Virus record (IMG/VR): IMGVR_UViG_3300028535_000001
Reading direction: 5' to 3' (one strand)
DNA from: a virus
Length of the DNA stretch: 64,000 bases
The notes below the pieces were generated by a model. It saw only the letters and a program-made list of their open reading frames with translations. It was not told the DNA's origin and searched no databases. Shown piece by piece: positions 1-9,377 of this stretch. Every line of letters starts with the position of its first letter. Within the stretch, counting starts at the first letter, position 1. Position numbers and translations under genes: made by a program.

Positions 1-956
1 TCTGATAGAGTTTTTACTTTTGTTTTAGTAGTATTTATCTTTTGAGTTTTAAAATTTTGATCTATAGGTTGTGTACATGTAGGACAACTATCATTATTCT
101 CAAAAAACTCTAATGTCTTTTGATGTGTCTTTAAATTGGTCTCAATCTTAGCTTCTAGTTTTGTTAATTTACTTACCTTGGTAACTACTTTATTTTTATT
201 TTCTATTTCTTTTTTATGAGAACCTATTTGTTTGTTTAGTGATTCAATCTTTCTACCATACTCTTTATTATCTTCTTCGTTTTTGTTAATCAGCTGTTTT
301 TTACCATCTAGGTCGTTCATATTCAAGTTGGAAATAGCATTGAAGTGATTTAACTCTGTCTCATACTTGGTTTGTATAAGGTCAGCTCGGTGTTTCATTT
401 CAATAACTTTCTTAGCTAAATCTGATTGTTGACTTCTTAATATCAAGTCCATAAGACCAAACACTCTAATGTCTAAAATTTCCTCAACCACTTCTCGTCT
501 GTATCTAGGTTTCATTTTCATAAACGGCTCGTATGATGATGATCCTAATAATACAACTTGTAAGAAAGACCTATAGTTAAGTCTCATTATATTTTGTTCT
601 AGATATTTTTGATAGTCTATACTGTTGGCGTCTTGATTCATAAGAACACCATCTTGATATATTTCAAATAGATTTGGTTTAATACCTCTTACTATTTTAT
701 ATTCTTTCATACCTACATTAAATTCTATTTCTACAATAGTTTCTGTATTGTTTATTGAGTTTACTATTTGTTCTTTCTTTATAATTCTAAATGGTTTATT
801 AAATAAAACAAAACAAAGGGCGTCCAATAAAGTAGACTTACCTGATCCATTTGGTCCTATTACTAATGTTGTATGTGATTTATTTAAGTCTATTACTATA
901 GGCGTATTACCTGTAGATAGGAAATTCTTATATGATATTTTTTTAAAGACTATCAT
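1..956 (-). CDS. gp46: Recombination endonuclease ATPase subunit (Rad50/SbcC-like, T4 gp46), runs off the left edge
   Basis: Not in the ORF track; manual translation from ATG 956: MIVFKKISYKNFLSTGNTPIVIDLNKSHTTLVIGPNGSGKSTLLDALCFVLFNKPFR (Walker A GxNGSGKS), downstream of gp47. Confidence 0.95.
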   Translation of the reverse strand, partial: MIVFKKISYKNFLSTGNTPIVIDLNKSHTTLVIGPNGSGKSTLLDALCFVLFNKPFRIIKKEQIVNSINNTETIVEIEFNVGMKEYKIVRGIKPNLFEIYQDGVLMNQDANSIDYQKYLEQNIMRLNYRSFLQVVLLGSSSYEPFMKMKPRYRREVVEEILDIRVFGLMDLILRSQQSDLAKKVIEMKHRADLIQTKYETELNHFNAISNLNMNDLDGKKQLINKNEEDNKEYGRKIESLNKQIGSHKKEIENKNKVVTKVSKLTKLEAKIETNLKTHQKTLEFFENNDSCPTCTQPIDQNFKTQKINTTKTKVKTLS

Positions 957-1173
957 CTTTTCCTAAAACCGGATTAATAGGCCTAATTCTAAAGAAGTAT
1001 CTCCAACATGCTGATCTTACCATTGATACAACAGTAAATATTAACGCAATTCCTATACTATCTAAAATAGTTGGATATAATCCAAAGAATGGAAAGATAT
1101 ATAATTGAATAAGAATAGCTAAAATTAATCCACTACCTACATCTATAATACTTTCTATTATAGCTTTATTCAT
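943..1173 (-). CDS. Small hypothetical membrane protein (2 TM)
   Basis: 76 aa, two hydrophobic stretches, overlaps neighbours in the gp47-gp46 operon. Confidence 0.75.
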   Translation of the reverse strand: MNKAIIESIIDVGSGLILAILIQLYIFPFFGLYPTILDSIGIALIFTVVSMVRSACWRYFFRIRPINPVLGKDDSL

Positions 1174-1426
1174 CTGTTATTGGACATAAATCTGGTATTG
1201 GTTCCAACTCCTCTTGCATTTTTTCTGATGGTGTTTTTAATCTTTTTTCTGCCTCTTTAATAATAGCGTGTGTATCAGACACACTTTCTTCCTTCATTTT
1301 ACCTTCTGCTCTAATTTTATCCATTTCTTTTCTAACATACTCTTGATGTCTGGAAGATTTCATAGATGACTCTAATTCTTCTTTTTGTGATTCTAATGTT
1401 TCAACTTTTGGAATTTTATTATTCAC
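1166..1426 (-). CDS. Hypothetical charged protein
   Basis: ORF 1166..1453; probable GTG start at 1426 overlapping the gp47 stop. Confidence 0.65.
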   Translation of the reverse strand: MNNKIPKVETLESQKEELESSMKSSRHQEYVRKEMDKIRAEGKMKEESVSDTHAIIKEAEKRLKTPSEKMQEELEPIPDLCPITDE

Positions 1427-2462
1427 TGGCCTCCGTGTATAATTCTTTTGCAAACTCTTTTAGTTTTGTCTTATCTAAATCAGTATCTACCTGTTCAATA
1501 TAGTTACCTAAAAATGTTAATGTATCTTCGCCTTGATCTATAGTATCTACCTTAACTGTTTGTGTAATATCAGTTGTATCTTCATTAATAATCAATTCAT
1601 GTACATTGGTATTGTTGTAAAATCTTTCTACTAGATTGCTATACATTTCTTTATTTTTACACCTGTTTACAAATAGTTTTACAAAACAATTATCGTAAGA
1701 GGATAAATCTAAATTGTCATAGTTTTCTTTTGTATCATCATATATTAATTTTTTAAATATAGGTAAAGGGTTCTCTATTCGTTCTAATTCTCTTGTGTCT
1801 GTATCAAATATATGAAAACCTTTTGGACAATTATAATCTGACCACATAATTTGATATTGTGTACCTAGATAAAAGATATGGCCATCATCTGATTTCTTAT
1901 GAAAATGACCAGATAATACTTTTTCAAATCTTCTAAATTGTTCTCTATCAAGTCCTTGTTCATTTACAATTCCTCTATGCATTTCAAAGCCTTTTATTTC
2001 TAAATGACCCATAACAATTTGAGCTGTTGTATTATCTATTTTATATAAAGTATCTTCTATATTGGCTTCACATATCCATGGTATAAACAATATATCTAAT
2101 CCACCAAGATTTATATCTGTTGCTCTTGTATATGTTGTAATTTTTCCTAGATTTAAATTTTGTATAGCATTTACTTCGTTAGTATTTTTATAATAGGTAT
2201 CGTGATTACCCAATATAACGTGAGTATCTATATTCAATTCTTCTAATTTATCCCAAAAATTTAGTCTAAAATTGTGGGCTGTGTTGTGATTAATAAACTT
2301 ACGTCTATCAACAACGTCACCTAAATGTACTAAACATTTTATATCGTTATCAATAATATAAGGAAAAAATTGTTCCTCGTAAAACTTATTTTGATAGTTT
2401 ATAAAGTGTGGAGAATCATTACGGCAACCAAAGTGTGTATCATTTAATAGGGCTATTTTCAT
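1419..2462 (-). CDS. gp47: Recombination endonuclease nuclease subunit (Mre11/SbcD-like, T4 gp47)
   Basis: Metallophosphoesterase motifs DTHFG, GDVVDRR, GNHD, GHFH; synteny 55-47-46. Confidence 0.96.
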   Translation of the reverse strand: MKIALLNDTHFGCRNDSPHFINYQNKFYEEQFFPYIIDNDIKCLVHLGDVVDRRKFINHNTAHNFRLNFWDKLEELNIDTHVILGNHDTYYKNTNEVNAIQNLNLGKITTYTRATDINLGGLDILFIPWICEANIEDTLYKIDNTTAQIVMGHLEIKGFEMHRGIVNEQGLDREQFRRFEKVLSGHFHKKSDDGHIFYLGTQYQIMWSDYNCPKGFHIFDTDTRELERIENPLPIFKKLIYDDTKENYDNLDLSSYDNCFVKLFVNRCKNKEMYSNLVERFYNNTNVHELIINEDTTDITQTVKVDTIDQGEDTLTFLGNYIEQVDTDLDKTKLKEFAKELYTEASE

Positions 2463-3030
2463 CTTTTTTAAAAAAATAATCTAAACTATTCTTACTCGTC
2501 CTTTTTTTACGTTTTATTTTACTTTTTGCTACTTCTTCAGCTATTTTCTCTTGTGAATCCATAGGTAAGTTCTTTTGTAAATACTCTGTCATTTGATTTT
2601 TAAACTCTCTATCGTCACCTGGTTGGAGAGCAAAGTCATCTAAATTTGATTTACTAATAAGTTTGTGTTTAATCGTCACTTGTTTTTTCTCTTTTTGTAT
2701 TCTACGTATAAAAGCATAGTAGATTATTTGAGTAAAATAAGCGAAAGGATTGTTAGATTTTTTGCCATCAAAGTTGTCAAGGTATTGTAGACAGTTTTCT
2801 ATACCATCTGAAATCATGTCATCTTTGAATGTGTAATTTATGAAATTTGGTCTATATGAAAGGTGATTGGCAATCTTCAAAAAACAGGATCCAAGGTAGT
2901 TTCCTACTGCTGGTTTATCTTGTTTTTCTCTTATTGCTTTTCGTACAGCTTTTTTGTACTTGTTCATCGCTTCCAGAAACTCTTTATTATTAACGTAGTG
3001 TTCTTTCTTCGTTTTTGATTTTGCAGTCAT
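2440..3030 (-). CDS. gp55: Late-transcription sigma factor (T4 gp55)
   Basis: HYVNNKEFL, IANHLSYRPNFINYT, NPFAYFTQIIYYAFIRRIQKEKKQ signature. Confidence 0.97.
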   Translation of the reverse strand: MTAKSKTKKEHYVNNKEFLEAMNKYKKAVRKAIREKQDKPAVGNYLGSCFLKIANHLSYRPNFINYTFKDDMISDGIENCLQYLDNFDGKKSNNPFAYFTQIIYYAFIRRIQKEKKQVTIKHKLISKSNLDDFALQPGDDREFKNQMTEYLQKNLPMDSQEKIAEEVAKSKIKRKKRTSKNSLDYFFKKDENSPIK

Positions 3031-3036
3031 AATATA

Positions 3037-3065
3037 ACTATATACCTTTTCGTTCAGTTTGTCAA
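3037..3065 (-). promoter_or_regulatory. Sigma70-type promoter for gp55 (probably leaderless transcript)
   Basis: TTGACA-N17-TATAGT, then 6 nt to the gp55 ATG; no SD. Confidence 0.75.
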
Positions 3066-3118
3066 TGTTTTAAGGTTATAACACACCAAAAAAATTTCGG
3101 TTTTAGGCTAAATCAGCA

Positions 3119-3146
3119 TTGACTTTTTCTGGAAAATATGTATAAT
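3119..3146 (+). promoter_or_regulatory. Sigma70-type promoter divergent from gp55, no sense ORF downstream
   Basis: TTGACT-N16-TATAAT. Confidence 0.5.
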
Positions 3147-3191
3147 GAACGGTGTAGCCGGTTGATAGAGAACCTCCAGCTAGGGGGATTA

Positions 3192-3647
3192 TTAATGTAA
3201 AGTTCCTGGCTCATCATCTTCATCATAAAATCTGTCATCAAATATCTCATTTAACTTTCTATTTTCTTTAGTAGAAAACTTCATCATCATTGGCTGTCTT
3301 TTTCCATCTGCATTGGCCAATGGAATATCACCATACGTATCAACGACACCAAGATAACTCTTACTCATAGCCTCGTTGGCATTTGTAATAGTCATTATCT
3401 TATCTTTTGGAATTGTAATATGATTATCGTTAGTATAGGCCGTCCAACGTATCAATGCGATATAGTCTTTGAAACCATGCATTGTTATTTGTGGTACGTA
3501 TTTTATCTGTAAAGGTTTATCAATACAAATTGTTTGATGTGTGGTATCCATTTGACTCTTTGAATTTTCCACAACGGCAACAATATCGTCCCCATTAATC
3601 AACTTAATGATTTTTATTTTTTCGGTTGTTGTTTTACTTTGTTCCAT
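3192..3647 (-). CDS. Conserved marine T4-like hypothetical protein (Sm-like fold probable)
   Basis: IIKLINGDDIVA...PLQI...W pattern and position between uvsW and gp55. Confidence 0.75.
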   Translation of the reverse strand: MEQSKTTTEKIKIIKLINGDDIVAVVENSKSQMDTTHQTICIDKPLQIKYVPQITMHGFKDYIALIRWTAYTNDNHITIPKDKIMTITNANEAMSKSYLGVVDTYGDIPLANADGKRQPMMMKFSTKENRKLNEIFDDRFYDEDDEPGTLH

Positions 3648-3785
3648 TTATTGTACTATTTCATCTCCTGTTTTTACTTTAGGTCTTGGTTTATCACAAA
3701 TTGAACAATCACATTTCTTACACTTGCAATTCATACAAGTTTCGGGACAATGTGCCTCGCATTTACAGTTCTTACATTTTTCCAT
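3648..3785 (-). CDS. Metallothionein-like Cys-rich peptide (45 aa)
   Basis: MEKCKNCKCEAHCPETCMNCKCKKCDCSICDKPRPKVKTGDEIVQ; late-promoter-like GATAAATA 5 nt upstream of ATG 3785. Confidence 0.65.
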   Translation of the reverse strand: MEKCKNCKCEAHCPETCMNCKCKKCDCSICDKPRPKVKTGDEIVQ

Positions 3786-3822
3786 GTATATATTTATCCG
3801 TTCCCTAAAGTGTGCCAGTGTA
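3762..3822. repeat. Direct-repeat copy of the uvsW 3' segment plus the MEKCK start segment
   Basis: 3785-3822 matches 4654-4691 (35/38 nt); 3762-3785 matches 4573-4596 (23/24 nt). Confidence 0.9.
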
Positions 3823-3828
3823 ATTTTT

Positions 3829-4596
3829 TCATCGTACATACCAATCTTCAATGGGGTCAGAAAATTTTCTTTTATAACCATTATTAATTAACAGATTATA
3901 TATTTTTTTTCTATCAGGCATGCTATTATGTTCACAGGTAATTATTTTAATATCATATGAGTTGAAGTCAAATGCATTTAAAATTTCAAACTCACTTCCT
4001 TCGGTATCTATTGACAAATAATCAATTTGTTTTGGAGCATTATACTTAAGCAATAGGTCTATTAGAGAAATTGTTTTAACTTTATATTTTTTACCAAATG
4101 TGTTACGAAGTTTACTTCCTTTTCTGCCAACATTTGCATAAATATCAAGTGTTGAATATTCACTTTTGCCTGTATGTTTAGGAACTTCGTTAAAGACTAA
4201 TTCATCACCAGATGTTTTCCATATACAATTTGTTTCAATAGCAGTCGCATTTTTGGTAAAATCTTGTCTATTTTGTTTTAAATCTTTGTGCCAACATTTT
4301 GCCGGTTCTGCTAAAATACCTTTCCAATTAAATTTTTTCTCTAATAGATAAGTATTACTTGAGTCAAATCCATCAGCTGCGCCAAATTCAATAAAATAAC
4401 CATCACCCTTAAATTTAAATTCTTTAAGTACAAACATATCTTGTCTTTGTTGTGATCTAGATTCAGGCAAACAGTAAGCTTTGTAAAAATTTGATGTATT
4501 AATTTGATTAATAGGTCCAAACATATTCTGCCTTCTAACATTAAGAATAGTTTTAATTTTCATCATTTCCCTTTTACAGTACTTACATTTTTCCAT
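3829..4596 (-). CDS. FkbM family methyltransferase
   Basis: FIEFGAADG..SNT, WKGILAEP, IDYLSIDTEGSEFEIL motifs; true start may be the MMKIK ATG near 4566. Confidence 0.9.
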   Translation of the reverse strand: MEKCKYCKREMMKIKTILNVRRQNMFGPINQINTSNFYKAYCLPESRSQQRQDMFVLKEFKFKGDGYFIEFGAADGFDSSNTYLLEKKFNWKGILAEPAKCWHKDLKQNRQDFTKNATAIETNCIWKTSGDELVFNEVPKHTGKSEYSTLDIYANVGRKGSKLRNTFGKKYKVKTISLIDLLLKYNAPKQIDYLSIDTEGSEFEILNAFDFNSYDIKIITCEHNSMPDRKKIYNLLINNGYKRKFSDPIEDWYVR

Positions 4597-6082
4597 TTTT
4601 CCTCGGTGTATTTAAATCTATATTGTGTATTTCATAATTAAAGTCTTCATCATTGTATATGTTTATTCGTTCTCTAAAGTGTGCCAGTGTATAATTTTCT
4701 TTTTCTTTATAACTAATATCATCTGCTATATCGTATAAAGTCGCAGCTGAATTATTATCTTTTAATCTTAATCCTCTTCCAATAGATTGTAAGTTCCTTA
4801 TCCGTGACTTGCTAGGACTAGCAAAAATAATGTTATGCAAGTTCCGTATATTAATGCCTGTACTGAAAGTCCCATAACTTGCAACGATAATAGCTCCGTC
4901 AGACTTTTCGGTAATTTCTCGTATTTTTTCCCTATCGCCTGTATCCACTCCACCGTGGACATAAAATACTTGTTTGTCAACAGCTTTTGTTTTAATTGAT
5001 TCATATAACTCCTTTCCATGTTTTTCTACATATTGAAACAAACATAAAGTATTGCCTTGTAAACTAGAGGCTAAGTTTCTTATATACTTATTTCTTTTTT
5101 CACTTCGTACCAAATAATCCATTTCTTCTTGGTACGTTTTGTCTTTTAACATATGTCTAACATCTTTGTCATGTTGTAATACTAAACATATAATTTTTAA
5201 ATCGGCTAACTGTTTATTCTCTTGTAATTCTGTTGTTGAAGTTACCTTATTTACAGCACCAAACAATCCTTCTAATACCAACTTATGTGTTTTTGTACCA
5301 TCTAAAGTACCTGTAAGACCTATTCTATATTTACACTTCTCTAATTTAGTCATTATTTTTGTAAGTGAAACTGCTTTAAACAAGTGTGCTTCATCACCCA
5401 TTACCATACCAAATTGTTGAAACCATTTTTTAGGTTGATTGTATATTGATTGCCATGTAGATATTACTACATTTCTATCTGTATCTTTTTCATATCCTTG
5501 ATATATTTTATGTACATTTTTCTCTGGTGTCCAACCATATTCTTTAAAATCTTTATGTAATTGTTCAACCAATGATGTTGTTGGCACTATAATAAGTATC
5601 TTTTTGTTTTGTTCTTTTAGTCTTATCATATTATAACGCACTAACATATAAACTATAAGTGATTTACCAGAGGCTGTTGGAGATAATAATAAACATCTAT
5701 TCTTTTGTGTTGCATGGATAAAGGCCTCCTTTTGATAATCTCTTATTTCCATAGGTACTTTAAGTGCTTTTGTAAACTTATCTACCAATTCTAAATCAAC
5801 TTTAGTATCAACTATTTTAGCACCATCTACTACTTGTATCTTATTATCATCACACCATTTAAGTATATAAGGATATAAACCGGCGTAAATTTGACCAGTT
5901 GCATAAGAAAATAATCTTATCTTTCCATCCCATACTCTGTTTCTATAGGCAGGAACAAACTTATAACCTGGCACTTCAAAGCAAAAATATTCTGATAACT
6001 CTCTACGTATAGAGGCGTCAGCTTCTATCTTTAAATAAACTTCGTTTACCTTGTCTACTATGATGTATCTTATATCTGGCAT
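4583..6082 (-). CDS. uvsW: UvsW SF2 DNA helicase
   Basis: SPTASGKS, DEAH, GLTGT, QSIGRGLR; start at ATG 6082 (TAATG overlap with the upstream stop). Confidence 0.97.
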   Translation of the reverse strand: MPDIRYIIVDKVNEVYLKIEADASIRRELSEYFCFEVPGYKFVPAYRNRVWDGKIRLFSYATGQIYAGLYPYILKWCDDNKIQVVDGAKIVDTKVDLELVDKFTKALKVPMEIRDYQKEAFIHATQKNRCLLLSPTASGKSLIVYMLVRYNMIRLKEQNKKILIIVPTTSLVEQLHKDFKEYGWTPEKNVHKIYQGYEKDTDRNVVISTWQSIYNQPKKWFQQFGMVMGDEAHLFKAVSLTKIMTKLEKCKYRIGLTGTLDGTKTHKLVLEGLFGAVNKVTSTTELQENKQLADLKIICLVLQHDKDVRHMLKDKTYQEEMDYLVRSEKRNKYIRNLASSLQGNTLCLFQYVEKHGKELYESIKTKAVDKQVFYVHGGVDTGDREKIREITEKSDGAIIVASYGTFSTGINIRNLHNIIFASPSKSRIRNLQSIGRGLRLKDNNSAATLYDIADDISYKEKENYTLAHFRERINIYNDEDFNYEIHNIDLNTPRKNGKM

Positions 6083-6642
6083 TACACAAAAGGTGGACCT
6101 ACAATCCAACCTACCAAAACTTTTCTTATTCCTTTGGTCACCGGATGTACTTTATGCCACATAAATGATGGAAAGGTTACAATTGTACCAGTTGTAAATC
6201 TAGTTTTAAAATGTATATTCTTATTGATTCCTTTAGGATTTAAATTAGCTATTTCTAATTCACCACCCTCGTAATCTTCATTTAAACATAAAGTAAAACT
6301 TATCTTTCTAATAAAACCATTAGGGTAAGGCTTAATATGTGAATCTATATGCCAATCATAATGGTCTCCTTCTTCGTATACTGTATACTGAAAGGGTTCA
6401 AATTCTTTTATATTAAAATTCCAATCTGCTTTTACATTATGATTAAAGATAACATCTTCCATATCTTTATATAATTGATTATTTTCCTTAATCCATGCAA
6501 CCTTGGAACTTCTATTCTTATTATTGCCGTCTTGTATAGCGGCTTTTTTTAATCTTAATTTATCTGAATTTTCTATTATAGTACTACAATAGTTTTGATT
6601 GAATTTTGAAATTGAAACGCAATTGTTATTAGTTAAATACAT
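6082..6642 (-). CDS. 2OG-Fe(II) oxygenase (prolyl-4-hydroxylase-like)
   Basis: YDWHID, RKISFT, YEGGEL, FPS..WHKVHPVTKGIR..LVGW. Confidence 0.92.
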   Translation of the reverse strand: MYLTNNNCVSISKFNQNYCSTIIENSDKLRLKKAAIQDGNNKNRSSKVAWIKENNQLYKDMEDVIFNHNVKADWNFNIKEFEPFQYTVYEEGDHYDWHIDSHIKPYPNGFIRKISFTLCLNEDYEGGELEIANLNPKGINKNIHFKTRFTTGTIVTFPSFMWHKVHPVTKGIRKVLVGWIVGPPFV

Positions 6643-7070
6643 TATACAGCTCCACTAGTAAACCTTTTCCAGTCTATTGCGTTCTTGATAGTAAATGTTC
6701 TATTGGAGATTTGTCTTAATGATCTATCTAAAAAATCTACAACTGCTTCTAGATACTTAACTTTTTGATTTGCTTTTTGCCACTCTGGATCAGCTTCAAT
6801 ATATTGTCCTACATCTGCTTTAAGTATTTTTAAATGAAAAGGTTTAAGTATATAAACTTGTGGGTCTGATTTACCTGTGTAATATTCCCACTTATCCCTT
6901 TTAATTGTTCTAAACTCATCTTCAGCACGTACTAATAATAACTTAAATTTAGTTAAAAATTTTAAAAACTTATTGTGTATTTGAGGTGTTTGTAAAGACG
7001 CTATATCTAATTCAATATCATTAATCTTTAAATCTTTTTCAGCAATTTCTTGTAATTCTTCCAATGTCAT
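6642..7070 (-). CDS. uvsY: Recombination mediator UvsY
   Basis: KWEYYTGK, ILKAD...YIEAD, NRTFTIKNAIDW; synteny with uvsW. Confidence 0.95.
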   Translation of the reverse strand: MTLEELQEIAEKDLKINDIELDIASLQTPQIHNKFLKFLTKFKLLLVRAEDEFRTIKRDKWEYYTGKSDPQVYILKPFHLKILKADVGQYIEADPEWQKANQKVKYLEAVVDFLDRSLRQISNRTFTIKNAIDWKRFTSGAV

Positions 7071-7089
7071 AATTTATCCTTTTCACATT

Positions 7090-7118
7090 ATTATATCACA
7101 AAAACCTTTAAAAGTAAA
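7090..7118 (-). promoter_or_regulatory. Sigma70-type promoter of the uvsY-uvsW operon
   Basis: TTTACT-N17-TATAAT with TG extended -10. Confidence 0.65.
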
Positions 7119-7124
7119 GTCTGA

Positions 7125-7745
7125 TTAAGATGTTGTAATAGTTGTTTTTGATGATCCTGTTACAGCAAAATCATATATTTTATAGTCAAACGTAACAGAC
7201 GCCGTTAAATAATCAACATCTGTTGCTTGTTGATTGTAAGGAAGACCAGTTAATGAAATAGGAAATACATCACTAAATCTAACTTCTACAACTGAATTGT
7301 TTTTATTTGATAGTACAGATAACGTAGCATCCGAAAAAAGACCACCTGTTTTTGGTGGTGCATATTTTGATCGGCCAGCGTCACCTAATATGTTTGATGT
7401 ACTACCAGGAAATCTAGTATTACCACTTTTTAAAAGATTTGCATGTTCTTTATGGTCACCTGGAAATCCTAAGCCTCTTAACCAACCATGTATCTCTCTA
7501 TAATTTTCTAAATTTTCATCAACTAAAAATGAAATAGAAAGTCTCTCGTAATTTAACTTGTCACCAGGTAAAGGTATATCTTTAAGTGGTGTTGGTTGTG
7601 TTTGAGTATCAGCCAATGCAATGCCAGGTATATTAGCTGAAGTACAAAAATATTCTACTTTAGGTAACTTCATTATGCTAAATTTAAATTGTGTTGGACT
7701 AGCGTAATCTAACTTCGTTGGTTGTCTATCCATTGCTGTTGTCAT
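7125..7745 (-). CDS. gp3: Tail completion / tube terminator protein (T4 gp3-like)
   Basis: SPTQFKF..KLPKVEYFC..ANIPGI, FLVDENLENY.EIH.W, FPISL motifs; position next to uvsY. Confidence 0.88.
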   Translation of the reverse strand: MTTAMDRQPTKLDYASPTQFKFSIMKLPKVEYFCTSANIPGIALADTQTQPTPLKDIPLPGDKLNYERLSISFLVDENLENYREIHGWLRGLGFPGDHKEHANLLKSGNTRFPGSTSNILGDAGRSKYAPPKTGGLFSDATLSVLSNKNNSVVEVRFSDVFPISLTGLPYNQQATDVDYLTASVTFDYKIYDFAVTGSSKTTITTS

Positions 7746-7858
7746 AGTATTAAAATTCCTATTATTAAACCTATTATTATTCCTTCACACCAAAATGCCC
7801 ACCTATGTGAACCTCTGGCTGTGTGTTTGTTTATAAACTCTTTTGTCCAATCATTCAT
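7742..7858 (-). CDS. Small hypothetical membrane peptide (38 aa)
   Basis: Manual: MNDWTKEFINKHTARGSHRWAFWCEGIIIGLIIGILIL; GATAAATA-N5-ATG; ATGA overlap with gp3. Confidence 0.6.
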   Translation of the reverse strand: MNDWTKEFINKHTARGSHRWAFWCEGIIIGLIIGILIL

Positions 7859-7862
7859 ATTA

Positions 7863-8036
7863 CTATTTATCTGTCTCCTTTTCAACCTTTTCAATTATTA
7901 CTGAGCTATCTGTAGGTTTATTGAATAAATTGTTGTCAATAAATCCAACATAACACAAGATAACTAGTAGCATTATAACTTTAATACAAACTATTACAAG
8001 TAGTATTCCTAATATTGTTCTCAATAAACTTTTCAT
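7863..8036 (-). CDS. Small hypothetical membrane protein (57 aa)
   Basis: Manual: MKSLLRTILGILLVIVCIKVIMLLVILCYVGFID...; AATAAATA-N5-ATG. Confidence 0.55.
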   Translation of the reverse strand: MKSLLRTILGILLVIVCIKVIMLLVILCYVGFIDNNLFNKPTDSSVIIEKVEKETDK

Positions 8037-8048
8037 AAACATATTTAT

Positions 8049-8474
8049 TTATTTTCTTTCCCATACTTTTAGCTTACCATCTTTATCAGCAAACACCATT
8101 TCTTGTTTATCTTCTTCTGGTTTATTAGTACGACAAGTATCCCAGCAAGCTTTAGGACCTCTATTTTGTTTTAGTTGGTCATAAAATTGTTTCCAAACAT
8201 TCGATTCAATTATATCATCTATACTTTTATAATCTTTTAGTTGGCTTGCGTCTATCATTTTTTTAAATTCTGGATCGGTCATATTTTCATTTGTATCACA
8301 TCTACAACATGGTATTAATTGACCTCTATTTGTAATAGCAAGATTCATATTACCCTTAATACACATAGGTTCTATTTTAGTATCTTCCTGGTTAGGAAAT
8401 TTATTTTCTTCACTTATTTTTCCATATTTATTATATTCTGTTACATGTGGAAAATTTAATTTAATCTCTGTCAT
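8049..8474 (-). CDS. Stand-alone SPASM/twitch-like Fe-S protein (copy 1)
   Basis: C...LAITNRGQLIPCCRCD ... W..F..QL ... CWDTC; overlaps the rSAM gene. Confidence 0.8.
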   Translation of the reverse strand: MTEIKLNFPHVTEYNKYGKISEENKFPNQEDTKIEPMCIKGNMNLAITNRGQLIPCCRCDTNENMTDPEFKKMIDASQLKDYKSIDDIIESNVWKQFYDQLKQNRGPKACWDTCRTNKPEEDKQEMVFADKDGKLKVWERK

Positions 8475-9372
8475 TTTTTCTTTTCTTTAAGTCGTCTCTT
8501 TTTATATGTTCGGGTAAACCTAAATAATTAGAGCCATCTTTTAATGTAGGGTGTTGATACCTTGAACCATCTGGATTCGCATTCATAATAACATCTGGTG
8601 CCGCCCCAACTAGATTATTGTCTTTAGGATCCCATGTTTCAGCATAGTCACCTCTTGACTCTGTTTTATTTTCAGGCATTAACCAATCATCTGGACCTAA
8701 CCATCTACCACTATTTATTAAATTAAAAACTATTCCATTATCTTCAGCCAGTTTAACACATTCTTTTATTGAATTTTGATTATATCTAAAAACTATCATT
8801 TGCCATATTGGTGTTTTTTTTAAATATTTTTTAGACATGATCGCTCTTTTAAAATGCAATTCACCATCTTGATGTACTCTATATTTGTGACTATCTTTAG
8901 GAAGACCATCTATACCAAACCACCATTGAGCTTCAGGATTTGTTTCCCATGCTTTGATAAAAAAACTATCTGGTTTATGTGTAGAGGCATTATGTACTTG
9001 ACTTATTTTCTTTCTATCATGTATCATTTTTAAGAAATCAATAAAGTGTGGGTGATGTATAGGATCAGAGTATTGACCACAAAATTGTATTCTGTCAAAG
9101 TAATCAAGAATCTTTTCAAATTCTTCTATTGTTATATCTCTACCTGGTACTCTTTTACCTTTATTTCTCCAATGCATTTGTCTTGAACATCTAGGACATT
9201 CTAATGGACATCTATGAGATAAATCTAAATTTACTTTACTTGCTGGAAATAGTTTAGATTCATAGCGATTGCTGAACCTCGGTCCCATACCTTTGATAAT
9301 ACTTGGTGCATATGATTTAAAACTGCCTTCTTTGGCAGGTTTATATTTCATATATTCTTTTTCATCAATCAT
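8461..9372 (-). CDS. Radical SAM protein lacking a C-terminal SPASM domain (copy 1)
   Basis: CPLECPRC (CX3CX2C), FCGQYSDP, DGLPKDSHKYR; paralogous to 36307 and 37532. Confidence 0.88.
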   Translation of the reverse strand: MIDEKEYMKYKPAKEGSFKSYAPSIIKGMGPRFSNRYESKLFPASKVNLDLSHRCPLECPRCSRQMHWRNKGKRVPGRDITIEEFEKILDYFDRIQFCGQYSDPIHHPHFIDFLKMIHDRKKISQVHNASTHKPDSFFIKAWETNPEAQWWFGIDGLPKDSHKYRVHQDGELHFKRAIMSKKYLKKTPIWQMIVFRYNQNSIKECVKLAEDNGIVFNLINSGRWLGPDDWLMPENKTESRGDYAETWDPKDNNLVGAAPDVIMNANPDGSRYQHPTLKDGSNYLGLPEHIKRDDLKKRKNDRD

Positions 9373-9377
9373 AACAA

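Noticed and set aside
3786-3881. N-terminal extension of the 77-aa ORF containing TLAHFRERINIY
   Set aside because: It is the duplicated uvsW remnant and overlaps the FkbM end; the ATG at 3785 has the promoter-N5 geometry.
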